Shown: positions 15,048-23,394 of the stretch, one piece after another
How the letters are laid out: the number at the start of each line of letters is the position of its first letter
Numbering within the stretch: the first letter of the stretch is position 1
NCBI GenBank assembly: GCA_964642045.1
Contig: CAZXLZ010000012.1
Span: 2,820-26,819, forward strand
Direction: 5' to 3'
DNA length: 24,000 bases
From: an uncultured Clostridiaceae bacterium
Lineage (GTDB): Bacteria > Bacillota > Clostridia > TANB77 > CAG-465
Made by a program: the position numbers and the translations under genes
The notes under the pieces: generated by a model
What the model saw: the letters and a program-made list of their open reading frames with translations, nothing else
Databases searched by the model: none
What the model was told of the DNA's origin: nothing

Positions 15048-15722
15048 ATGAAATTAGTTACTTTTCAAACTTTTGATGCTTTAAAGAACCTTATTAATAA
15101 TGGTGAATTAATTTGTGATGAAAATTACATTAACTTAGAAAAATCAGGCTTAGCATATAAATGGGTATTAGAAAAAATGAATAAGGTAGTCAAAAATAAT
15201 ACTAAGGCTAAATATCCAATATGGTGCTGGGCTAAATGTTATAGTGGAATTTGTCCACCAAAACATAGAGGAGAAAAAGTTAAAGGATTTGACGTCAAAA
15301 TAACATTTAATAAGCCTGAAAAAGATGTCTTTATAACAGATTTTAGAAGATATTCTTTTCTTTTAAATAATATGTATATTCCTAATACGTTAAGAGAAAA
15401 AGAACAATTCTTAAACAAAATGAAAAAACTAAATATCACATCAGAAGAATTGAAAATGTATGCAAGAACTGATAAAGATAACTTTCATAGGGAAGATAAA
15501 GAGTATTTGCAGCTTTTAAGAGAAATAAGAAAAACTTTTGATAGGTGTATAACAAAAGATAGTGATATTTTACAGGGGTGTATTTGGAATATAAAACTAT
15601 CAGAAGTAGAAAATATAGAGATTTTGCCAAACGATGGATATACATATGGATCATTAAATTATAAAAGAAGTAATGGTAAGAGAATAGATTGGCAAAAAGA
15701 TTATTATAAATTATTAAAATAA
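15048..15722 (+). CDS. DUF3841 family protein
   Basis: I prefer the start at the internal Met (MKLVTFQTFDALKNLINNGELICDE...), which resembles DUF3841 N-termini (MKLWTIQ...). The ORF-track start at 14889 is a TTG inside the upstream terminator. Confidence 0.55.
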   Translation: MKLVTFQTFDALKNLINNGELICDENYINLEKSGLAYKWVLEKMNKVVKNNTKAKYPIWCWAKCYSGICPPKHRGEKVKGFDVKITFNKPEKDVFITDFRRYSFLLNNMYIPNTLREKEQFLNKMKKLNITSEELKMYARTDKDNFHREDKEYLQLLREIRKTFDRCITKDSDILQGCIWNIKLSEVENIEILPNDGYTYGSLNYKRSNGKRIDWQKDYYKLLK

Positions 15723-15760
15723 GCTTTAAATAACTATGAAATTGAAATATGACTCATAGA

Positions 15761-15795
15761 AAACTCGAACTTTAAAAAATATAAGGTTCGAGTTT
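15761..15795 (+). terminator. Rho-independent terminator after the DUF3841 gene
   Basis: AAACTCGAAC (15761..15770) pairs with GTTCGAGTTT (15786..15795) around a 15-nt loop. CATTGTTTTT follows. Confidence 0.65.
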
Positions 15796-15880
15796 CATTG
15801 TTTTTAATTTTATGATATAATAGGCTTGCAAAATAAATTAAAATTATTTGAAAATAGCTATTAAGGAATGTGTGAAAAAT

Positions 15881-16300
15881 ATGATATATAAAGGATATAA
15901 GATTAGAGTTAGATGTATAGATTGAGAGCAAATAAGTTTATTAGACAAGTATTGGAGCTTATTTACTTCACATATTGAATCAAAAAAGTTAATTGGTTTA
16001 GGTATGAATTGGACAGAAGACTATTTATACTTTGATTATGCTATGGGAGTAATAGATGATGAAGAGACATTAAATAAAATAAAGTCTATTGATTTTTCTA
16101 ATTCAAATTTTGATACTGAATATATTGAAATTAATTTACCTAATTTTCAAAATTGGGAAACATTTAAGGGAAAAGAAAAAGATTTAAAACAAATATATGA
16201 AGAAGACATTGATTGCTATGAAAGACTTTATGGTTATGAACTAGAGTATATTGATGATAAAGGTAATTTAGAAATTAAAATTCATTTCATAGATAGTTAG
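15881..16300 (+). pseudogene. GyrI-like / AraC-effector-binding-domain protein interrupted by an in-frame TGA at 15923..15925
   Basis: ATG 15881 and the 98-aa ORF starting at 16004 are in the same frame. Joined, they read MIYKGYKIRVRCID*EQISLLDKYWSLFTSHIESKKLIGLGMNWTEDYLYFDYAMGV...LEIKIHFIDS. This has the GyrI-like pattern (GxxIxxxR...LWxxF...FDYxxGV...EIxI). The frame is open back to 15842, with a possible TTG start at 15848. Confidence 0.5.
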
Positions 16301-16384
16301 TAATTAAAAAAATATATTTTATGATAATATTTATTAAATTAAAAGGAAATATATTATAATAAAAATAATTAAAAGGAGAAATTT

Positions 16385-17194
16385 ATGTGCAAATTTTCAA
16401 TAATTATTCCATGTTACAATGAGGAAAAATATATAGAGAGATGTTTAAATAGTATATTTAATCAGACTTTAGATAAAGAAAAGTATGAAGTTATAGTAAT
16501 TGATGATGGTAGTGATGATAAATCAGTAAATATAATTAAGAAGTTTGATATAAAATTATTTAACTCAAAAAGACTGGGAGCTGGTGGAGCAAGAAATATA
16601 GGCTTAGATAATGCAAAAGGAGAATATATTATTCTTCTAGATGCTGATGATTATTTATATCAAAACGATATATTGGACAAACTAGATAAAAAGTTGGATA
16701 ATCAAGATATAGTATTTGTTAAATGTAAAGAAATATTAAATGGTATAGAGAAGGTTATAGAAGAAGATAGTAAAAATACGTTAGAAGAACAAATATATAA
16801 GTCTAGTCACTTTTGCCTAACATTAAAATGTTTTAAAGCTAAACTTGCACATGATATAAGATATAAAAATAAGAGTTATCACGAAGATATTTCATTTACA
16901 GTAGAATTAATGTGTAAAGCTAGAACATTACTGTATTTTGATGAAGCATTATATGTATATTATAAGGAACAAAATACATCAACAATAGATAATTATTCTG
17001 TGAAAAAAGCTTTAGACTTTTTGATGCAGACATTAGAGTATTTAAATTTTGCTGATAAATACAAAGATAAAAAAGCTTCTTTAATTAAGAGGATAGAACA
17101 AGAGGGATATACAGATAAAATAAATAAATTAGAAAATTGGGTTAAAAATGATAGACCATACTCATATAAAGAGTTTTTAGATAATGGAAAATAA
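16385..17194 (+). CDS. Family 2 glycosyltransferase
   Basis: 'FSIIIPCYNEEKYIERCLNSIFNQT', 'YEVIVIDDGSDDKS' and the DxD motif 'LDADD' are present. RBS: AAAAGGAGAAATTTATG. Confidence 0.9.
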   Translation: MCKFSIIIPCYNEEKYIERCLNSIFNQTLDKEKYEVIVIDDGSDDKSVNIIKKFDIKLFNSKRLGAGGARNIGLDNAKGEYIILLDADDYLYQNDILDKLDKKLDNQDIVFVKCKEILNGIEKVIEEDSKNTLEEQIYKSSHFCLTLKCFKAKLAHDIRYKNKSYHEDISFTVELMCKARTLLYFDEALYVYYKEQNTSTIDNYSVKKALDFLMQTLEYLNFADKYKDKKASLIKRIEQEGYTDKINKLENWVKNDRPYSYKEFLDNGK

Positions 17195-17243
17195 GATTTA
17201 GATAAACTATAAATTTGTAATTATTATTTAGGGAGGTAATATT

Positions 17244-17900
17244 ATGAAATGTAATATTAAATATATTGATAATAATAAAGATGTAAGTTATTGGTGTTTA
17301 TCTCATAAATCGATTGCTAGAAGCCAAGAAGGCATTCCTACTAGCTGTGAGTGTAAGTATAAAGAAAGATATGAAAACATTGTAAAGATGGAAAAGCAAG
17401 ATATAAATAGTATAAAAATAGTGTATCCTGATTTAAAGAAAGATACTAATGTAAAGTTATATATAAATGATAAAGAATTTAATGGAATACTACAAATAGA
17501 AAATAGTATAATCGATTTAAAGGACTATGGTGGACTAATGCTTTCAAAACTAAATAATGTAAATTTAGAGACAAGCAGTTGTAAGTATTGCTCTATGAAA
17601 CATACTGATAATGGGAAATTTGCCTATACTAAGCATAGTACACACTTATGTATTTATTGTGGACATTTGTATGATGTAGAAAAAGCAAATATAGGTAATG
17701 AACTAGCACTTTATTTTGATTTTCCAAATATTAATTTAAAAGATAATGTAGTGGTAGTTGGTAATAAATGTGAACTAGTGTACGACATATTTAAAGGAAA
17801 TTTAACAATAAATGGAACTTCTTGTGATAAGTTAGTAATAGATAATAATGAAATAAGTTTGGTAGAATATTTAAATAGTGCTCTAAAAGATGAATATTAA
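17244..17900 (+). CDS. Cys-rich hypothetical protein (218 aa)
   Basis: RBS TTAGGGAGGTAATATTATG. Motifs CKYCSMKH...CIYCGH (CxxC...CxxC) and an N-terminal CLSH...CEC are present. I recognise no family. Confidence 0.5.
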   Translation: MKCNIKYIDNNKDVSYWCLSHKSIARSQEGIPTSCECKYKERYENIVKMEKQDINSIKIVYPDLKKDTNVKLYINDKEFNGILQIENSIIDLKDYGGLMLSKLNNVNLETSSCKYCSMKHTDNGKFAYTKHSTHLCIYCGHLYDVEKANIGNELALYFDFPNINLKDNVVVVGNKCELVYDIFKGNLTINGTSCDKLVIDNNEISLVEYLNSALKDEY

Positions 17901-17963
17901 TTATATACATTTTATAACATATATGATATAATATAACAAATTATTTTTTAGGAGGAAATCGAT

Positions 17964-18320
17964 ATGATGAGTCAGAAAGAGCTTCATGGCTTGTTAGATA
18001 GGAAAAATAGCCTTGATGATGTGCAAGATTATATAAAAAAAGTAATAGACATAAGAGGTTTTGGAGAGCAAAAAGTAGAGCAAGAATTACTTCTTTTAAC
18101 AGAAGAAGTAGGAGAGCTTGCAAAAGCCATTAGAAAAGACAAAACAGATATGTGTATTGATAAGAATAAGATAAAAAATTATGATACAGTAGATAGTGAG
18201 ATAGCTGATGTATTTATAGTTTTAACATCTATTTGCAACACTCTTGGAATAAACCTATATGATGCTGTTTACGCAAAAGAAAAAGAGAATGTAGAAAGGA
18301 CTTGGAAAAATGACAAATAA
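17964..18320 (+). CDS. MazG-like (all-alpha) nucleoside triphosphate pyrophosphohydrolase
   Basis: 'LLLLTEEVGELAKAIRK' (ExxE/EExxE metal motif) and 'DSEIADVFIVL' are typical of MazG/YpjD-type NTP-PPases. RBS TAGGAGGAAATCGATATG. It has its own TGa-TATAAT -10 element about 30 nt upstream. Confidence 0.75.
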   Translation: MMSQKELHGLLDRKNSLDDVQDYIKKVIDIRGFGEQKVEQELLLLTEEVGELAKAIRKDKTDMCIDKNKIKNYDTVDSEIADVFIVLTSICNTLGINLYDAVYAKEKENVERTWKNDK

Positions 18321-18909
18321 GGAAATTCTTGATAAAATAAAGAGCCTTTCTGATAGTGAAAAAAGAGCTATTCCATATGTAGAGCTTGTAAGTATCATAA
18401 AAAGGCTTTCAAAAGATGAAATTATTGATCTTGCAAATATAATTGGTTATCATGTGTTCATAAGAATGTGCATGGGAGAAATAGGGCATATGGTACCTAT
18501 AATTCAAAATGGTGCAGCTGCAATAATTGTAAATGAGAAAAAAGAAATACTTCTTCAATCAAGAGCTGACAGAGATAAATGGGGACTTCCAGGAGGATGT
18601 CAGGCTATAACAGAAAGTCTTGAAGATACTGTAATTAGAGAAGTTAAAGAAGAAACAGATCTTAATGTAAAAAAAGAGGATTTAAAGTTAATTGAAAGTG
18701 TATCAGGAGAAAGTAGAAGAAATGACTATCCAAATGGTGATACAGTTTTCAACAATACCAATTTATACTACATAGATAAATATACAGGAACTCTTAAATG
18801 GGATGATGAATCAAAAGAGATGAAATTCTTTAGTATTGATAATCTTCCAGAAAATCTAATGGATAAAGATTTAATTGATGTGTACATAGAGAAAATGATA
18901 AAGAAGTAA
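18310..18909 (+). CDS. Nudix hydrolase with a ~65-aa N-terminal extension
   Basis: Nudix box GGCQAITESLEDTVIREVKEETDL. It overlaps the MazG-like gene by 11 nt. It is paralogous to the 8075..8554 Nudix; both share 'KWG.PGG', 'YPNGD' and a '[FI]D[KN]LP[DE]N[ML]' C-terminal motif. Confidence 0.85.
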   Translation: MTNKEILDKIKSLSDSEKRAIPYVELVSIIKRLSKDEIIDLANIIGYHVFIRMCMGEIGHMVPIIQNGAAAIIVNEKKEILLQSRADRDKWGLPGGCQAITESLEDTVIREVKEETDLNVKKEDLKLIESVSGESRRNDYPNGDTVFNNTNLYYIDKYTGTLKWDDESKEMKFFSIDNLPENLMDKDLIDVYIEKMIKK

Positions 18910-18917
18910 TAGCAAGT

Positions 18918-18960
18918 AAAACCAGAAAATATAAGTTTTAATAACTATATTTTCTGGTTT
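18918..18960 (+). terminator. Rho-independent terminator of the MazG-like/Nudix unit
   Basis: AAACCAGAAAATATA (18918..18932) pairs with TATATTTTCTGGTTT (18946..18960). TTTT follows. Confidence 0.8.
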
Positions 18961-19003
18961 TTTTAGATTGTATTATTATATATGTAAAGCTATTATATTA
19001 ATA

Positions 19004-19037
19004 ATATCTTGATAAATATTTACTTTTGTGATAGTTA
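19004..19037 (+). promoter_or_regulatory. Promoter/operator module, copy 1 of a 32-nt repeat
   Basis: ATATCTTGATAAATATTTACTTTTGTGATAGT (19004..19035) contains TTGATA (19009..19014), a 17-nt spacer and TGa-TAGTTA. It matches 21274..21305 at 31 of 32 positions. Confidence 0.55.
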
Positions 19038-19101
19038 TTATATATGGTATGTTATAAATTTCATGTAATAAAGTGAAAAGTTAGGAAAGGTGTAGATTAT
19101 A

Positions 19102-19728
19102 GTGGATATAACAAAAAATGTTTTAATATTTTCAGATAGAAATTGTGATAGGTACGTAAAGGGCTGTCAGATAGTTGGATTAAATCCAATAGTTAGTGAT
19201 AGTTTATCTGATTTATCATCGTTTGATGGATTAATATTAGTAGGTGGAGGAGATATAGATCCAGAGCTTTATGGACAAGCTAATATTAGTAGTGTAAAGA
19301 TTGAAAAAGAATTCGATAGGAAATGTATAAAGTGTTTAGACTATTTTACTAAAAATAACAAACCTGTTTTAGGAATATGTAAGGGAATGCAGTTAATCAA
19401 TGTATATTTTGGTGGAACTTTAAAACAAGATATAGCTAATCATAAATTCACTGAAAAGATGCATGCTCATAAGGTTATATGTAAAGGTGATTCTCCATTA
19501 ATTAGTTATTATGGAAATGAGTTTGAAGTTAATTCTTTGCATCATCAATGTGTTGATAAAGTAGGAAAAAATATTGAAATAATAGCTGTATCTGAAGATG
19601 ATGTTATTGAAGGAATAATGAAGGATAATATTATTGCTGTACAGTGGCATCCAGAAAGATTACTAAATAATGATTTTAATACATTAGAAGGTAAAAAAAT
19701 ATTTGAAATATTTAAAGAATTATTTTAG
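19102..19728 (+). CDS. Class I glutamine amidotransferase-like / peptidase C26 (gamma-glutamyl-gamma-aminobutyrate hydrolase family)
   Basis: The nucleophile-elbow motif 'GICKGMQLIN', 'HHQ' and 'VQWHPE' are present. The start is GTG, 9 nt after AGGAAAGGTG. Confidence 0.8.
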   Translation: MDITKNVLIFSDRNCDRYVKGCQIVGLNPIVSDSLSDLSSFDGLILVGGGDIDPELYGQANISSVKIEKEFDRKCIKCLDYFTKNNKPVLGICKGMQLINVYFGGTLKQDIANHKFTEKMHAHKVICKGDSPLISYYGNEFEVNSLHHQCVDKVGKNIEIIAVSEDDVIEGIMKDNIIAVQWHPERLLNNDFNTLEGKKIFEIFKELF

Positions 19729-19737
19729 GAGTAGTAT

Positions 19738-20319
19738 ATGAATTATATAATTGCTGGTACAAGTAGATGTGGAAAGACAATGCTAACTAATAAAATTGTG
19801 AAAGAATTAAATGGATTTAGTAAAATAAGCATTGACAATATTATTGGTGCTTTTGAACATTCGATTCCAGAGGCTAATATCAATTTCAAAAATGGTAAAG
19901 GAAACAAAAATTATTTACCTAAATTTATAGATAATTTTATTATAGGCGCAATGGATAAGGATAATGATATAGGATTATATTATGTACTTGAAGGTGATGG
20001 GCTTTCATTTTCTAAACTATTAGAATTAAATAAACATAAAGATATTAAATTGATTATTTTAGGAAAATCGAGCATTAGTGTAAAGGAGTATTTCGATGAA
20101 ATAAGGTACTATGAAGGTAAATATTTATATTCAGAATGGACTAAGCCTTTGAGCGATGAAACTTTGAAAATTAATTGTAAAAACTGGATAGATAGAAGTA
20201 AAGAATATAAAAAGTTATGTAATGAAAATAATATTGAATTTTATGATACCTCATATAATCAAGAATTAGTGATAGATAAAGTATTTGAAAAAATAAAAGA
20301 AAGCTTGTTAAAAAAATAA
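19738..20319 (+). CDS. P-loop NTPase / kinase-like protein
   Basis: Walker A motif 'IIAGTSRCGKTML' at the extreme N-terminus. RBS TTAGGAGTAGTATATG lies 9 nt after the upstream stop. Size and layout resemble small-molecule or nucleotide kinases. Confidence 0.6.
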   Translation: MNYIIAGTSRCGKTMLTNKIVKELNGFSKISIDNIIGAFEHSIPEANINFKNGKGNKNYLPKFIDNFIIGAMDKDNDIGLYYVLEGDGLSFSKLLELNKHKDIKLIILGKSSISVKEYFDEIRYYEGKYLYSEWTKPLSDETLKINCKNWIDRSKEYKKLCNENNIEFYDTSYNQELVIDKVFEKIKESLLKK

Positions 20320-20352
20320 TTTTGTAAATAAACTGATTAATGAGCACAAAAA

Positions 20353-20394
20353 AGACTTAGGAAAATAAAGCATATGCATATATTTCCTAAGTCT
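20353..20394. terminator. Bidirectional hairpin terminator
   Basis: AGACTTAGGAAA (20353..20364) pairs with TTTCCTAAGTCT (20383..20394), a 12-bp stem between convergent genes. Confidence 0.7.
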
Positions 20395-20405
20395 ATATTT
20401 AAATA

Positions 20406-21134
20406 TTATGCCGATATATATCTTGAAATAGCCATTCTGTGCAAATAATCATATGAAATACTAAATTTCCTTTTTGTAATGTAAAATCCTTTAACAGCTT
20501 TTACTGATTCAGGCAAATCATATAATTTTTCAAGGTCAGGCAGGTTATTCCCATGAAGCTGTCTAGAAGTGTATTTTCTACAAAGCTGATCCTCATGTCT
20601 GTTTCCTGTAATTTCGAAATAGCATTTACCAATTATACTATTTTGAGAAGATGTTTGGGCAATATATGATACTTTGTTGTCATTTTCAGAAATATCGCGT
20701 TGTATAAAGAAAAATTGTATTTCTGTTATGTCGCCACCATCTCCAAAAATATATGAGGTACCATTTTTCCCACTCATGTAATCCCTAAACATTCTTTCAA
20801 ACATAAAATTGATGGGTATGTCTAAAATAAGATGTTGTATATCTTTCAAGACATAATCCTTTTGCATTCTTTGGTCAAAACTTTGTTCAATAGAAAGATT
20901 TGTTTCATCTCCTTTTACTATATATTGATATCCAGCTCCAAAATCAAAATATTTCCCAACAGGTTTGTCATTAGAATCAAAGAGCCATGCCATTTCACAG
21001 GGAAATGCACAAAGACCAGGAATACCGTCGCCATTGTCCGTTATAAAGTTAGAATAAGGAATGTTCATTCTCATATCAAAAAGTTTTGAAAGAGAGCTAG
21101 CACCAGTAGTCTCATTTGTAATAATATCGTTCAT
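20406..21134 (-). CDS. Hypothetical protein (242 aa)
   Basis: I prefer the start at the internal Met (MNDIITNETT...) at 21134, which follows TTTGGAGGAAAAATTATG. The ORF-track start at 21185 has no RBS. I recognise no family. Confidence 0.55.
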   Translation of the reverse strand: MNDIITNETTGASSLSKLFDMRMNIPYSNFITDNGDGIPGLCAFPCEMAWLFDSNDKPVGKYFDFGAGYQYIVKGDETNLSIEQSFDQRMQKDYVLKDIQHLILDIPINFMFERMFRDYMSGKNGTSYIFGDGGDITEIQFFFIQRDISENDNKVSYIAQTSSQNSIIGKCYFEITGNRHEDQLCRKYTSRQLHGNNLPDLEKLYDLPESVKAVKGFYITKRKFSISYDYLHRMAISRYISA

Positions 21135-21273
21135 AATTTTTCCTCCAAATATGATTTTTTGCTGATAGATATTTGTATCCATCATTTTTTAGTTTGTTGT
21201 TTACATATTTTATCATATGCAGTTCTAAAAGTCAATAATTATGTAAAATGTTAAGCTGTATTAGTTAATAAAT

Positions 21274-21307
21274 ATATCTTGATAAATATTTATTTTTGTG
21301 ATAGTAT
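21274..21307 (+). promoter_or_regulatory. Promoter/operator module, copy 2 of a 32-nt repeat
   Basis: ATATCTTGATAAATATTTATTTTTGTGATAGT (21274..21305) contains TTGATA, a 17-nt spacer and TGa-TAGTAT. It lies about 29 nt upstream of ATG 21336. Confidence 0.55.
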
Positions 21308-21335
21308 GATAAAAACAGTTATAGAGGTTTAGTGT

Positions 21336-22760
21336 ATGAAACTATATATAGAATTTGTAATTATGTTATTTCGCAAGGTTATATTAAGGCAAAATACAGG
21401 GACTGTTATAAGGAAATTCTGTGAAAAAATGGGGATAGTATATATAAAATTTGCGCAAATACTAGCAACGCAGAATTATGGAAATATATTTACTGAGTCA
21501 GATAGAGAAAAACTATCAAAAATATGTGATAATTGTAACGTAATTAAATTTGAAGAAATAGAAGAAATATTAAAAGAAGAATATGGAGATAATTTATATA
21601 AAGTTTTTGAAAGTATAGAAGAAAAAGAAATTGGATCTGCCTCTGTTTCACAAGTGCATAAAGGTATTCTAAAAAATGGTAAAGAGGTTGCAATTAAGAT
21701 AAAAAGAAAAGATGTAGTAGAAAACATAGAAAAAGAGGTTAGAAGGCTAAAGAAGATAGTTCGTAGATTTGGTAAATTAATAAAATTTTCTAACTATTCA
21801 GGTGGTGATAATGCACTTGATTTGTTTGCAGAATGGATAAGGCAGGAAACAGACTTTGATCATGAAAGAAAAAATATAATTAGTTACAAAAAATTTGCAG
21901 ACTCGGTAAATGGTAAGGTAGAAAATACAAAGAAAATTAGAGTTCCAAAATTATATAAAGAATACTGCACCAAAAATGTAATAGTCATGGAATATATCAA
22001 ATATGAGACTATAAATAAGATGGAGATGTCTGAAGAAAATTATAAAAAGATTATAAAGGGAATTAATAGTTATCTAAAGCTTAGCTTTTATGCGCTACTT
22101 AATGGAAAACAAATTATATTCCATGGAGATCCACATGGTGGTAATATTTATATAGATGATAGAGGGGATATAGGCTTTTTAGATATGGGACTAATATTTA
22201 TACTATCCGAAGATGACTCTATACTTACTAGAAATCTATTTTTAGCAGCCTATTCTGGAAATTCTGAAAAACTATTTACACTTATATCAAATCTTGGACA
22301 TATGGATGGAAAGACAAAAGCTATGTTTAAAGAGGAGTGCAAAAAATATTGCTCAGAAGTAAATGGAAAAAACATAACAAATTATTTTACAGATATGATT
22401 AATATGTGTTTAAAATTTGAATTTGTACCACCAAACTTTTTATTTTGTATGGCAAAGGCTTTTGTTTGTTTAAATGGTATAGTTAAATTTTCAGATAATA
22501 AAATAAATGCTAGTGAATTATTAGGTGAGCAGGTTATGGAGTATCTACTTAAAAGGAGTTTAGAAGACTATAAAAACACAGTGTTTGACAGTATTAAAGG
22601 TGCACCTAAGATAGTAGAAGAAGTTTTAAAGTATGGGATAGAAAAGACATTTATCAAAGAAGCATCAGGAGAAAATGGAGTAAAACATGCACTTGGAACG
22701 ATGCTAAATAATGTAGAAGAAATGCTTAAAATTATGAAAATATCATATCTTCGGAAATGA
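21336..22760 (+). CDS. ABC1/UbiB (AarF) atypical protein-kinase family protein
   Basis: 'YIKFAQILATQ', 'IGSASVSQVHKGILKNGKEVAIKIKR' (the Lys-containing ATP-binding segment), 'HGDPHGGNI' and 'FLDMG' are typical of the ABC1/UbiB family. Confidence 0.85.
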   Translation: MKLYIEFVIMLFRKVILRQNTGTVIRKFCEKMGIVYIKFAQILATQNYGNIFTESDREKLSKICDNCNVIKFEEIEEILKEEYGDNLYKVFESIEEKEIGSASVSQVHKGILKNGKEVAIKIKRKDVVENIEKEVRRLKKIVRRFGKLIKFSNYSGGDNALDLFAEWIRQETDFDHERKNIISYKKFADSVNGKVENTKKIRVPKLYKEYCTKNVIVMEYIKYETINKMEMSEENYKKIIKGINSYLKLSFYALLNGKQIIFHGDPHGGNIYIDDRGDIGFLDMGLIFILSEDDSILTRNLFLAAYSGNSEKLFTLISNLGHMDGKTKAMFKEECKKYCSEVNGKNITNYFTDMINMCLKFEFVPPNFLFCMAKAFVCLNGIVKFSDNKINASELLGEQVMEYLLKRSLEDYKNTVFDSIKGAPKIVEEVLKYGIEKTFIKEASGENGVKHALGTMLNNVEEMLKIMKISYLRK

Positions 22761-22801
22761 TACTGTAAGAAATAATTATTTATAGATAGTCTGGGGGACA
22801 A

Positions 22802-23152
22802 ATGAACACTTTAATAATAATTTTCATTTTATCATTGATAGTTTTATACGTAAAACTTATATATGAGAGAAAATCAAGATTTATAGGGAAGATGACAACT
22901 ATAATTATAACCTTTTACACTTTAATAATTACACTTATAGTTTGCATATTGATACATCTTAAGCTAGAGGTAATATTAAACTTTATTTTAATTATAGATA
23001 TATCTCTTATATGCTTATGCAACATTATTTACACACTCCTTGGTATATATTCATCTAAAAGATATACATTAAGAAAAAAATATATTGTATTTGATATAGC
23101 TATTATAGTCTTAAATATTATATTACTTACGAGTATGATTATAAACTCATAA
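22802..23152 (+). CDS. Small integral membrane protein (about 4 TM segments)
   Basis: RBS CTGGGGGACAAATG. The 116-aa sequence is strongly hydrophobic. A strong terminator follows. Confidence 0.6.
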   Translation: MNTLIIIFILSLIVLYVKLIYERKSRFIGKMTTIIITFYTLIITLIVCILIHLKLEVILNFILIIDISLICLCNIIYTLLGIYSSKRYTLRKKYIVFDIAIIVLNIILLTSMIINS

Positions 23153-23157
23153 ATGAA

Positions 23158-23191
23158 AGAAGTGTTAGATTAAAGTAAATCTAATGCTTCT
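23158..23191 (+). terminator. Rho-independent terminator
   Basis: AGAAGTGTTAGATT (23158..23171) pairs with AATCTAATGCTTCT (23178..23191), a 14-bp stem including two G-U pairs. The loop is AAAGTA and TTTT follows. Confidence 0.75.
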
Positions 23192-23394
23192 TTTTAATTA
23201 ATTTTATGAATAGAAAATAAATGTGAAAATTTCAAAGAAGTATTATAATCCAATTGAACATTTTTTACGTTTATGGAAAAAATATTCAATGAAGAGAAGT
23301 TATATGAGAAAAATAAGTATCAATGATAATTTATGTTCAAATAATTATTTGCCTAGTATTATTTATATAATTAATAAAAAAGAAGCAATAGTTT

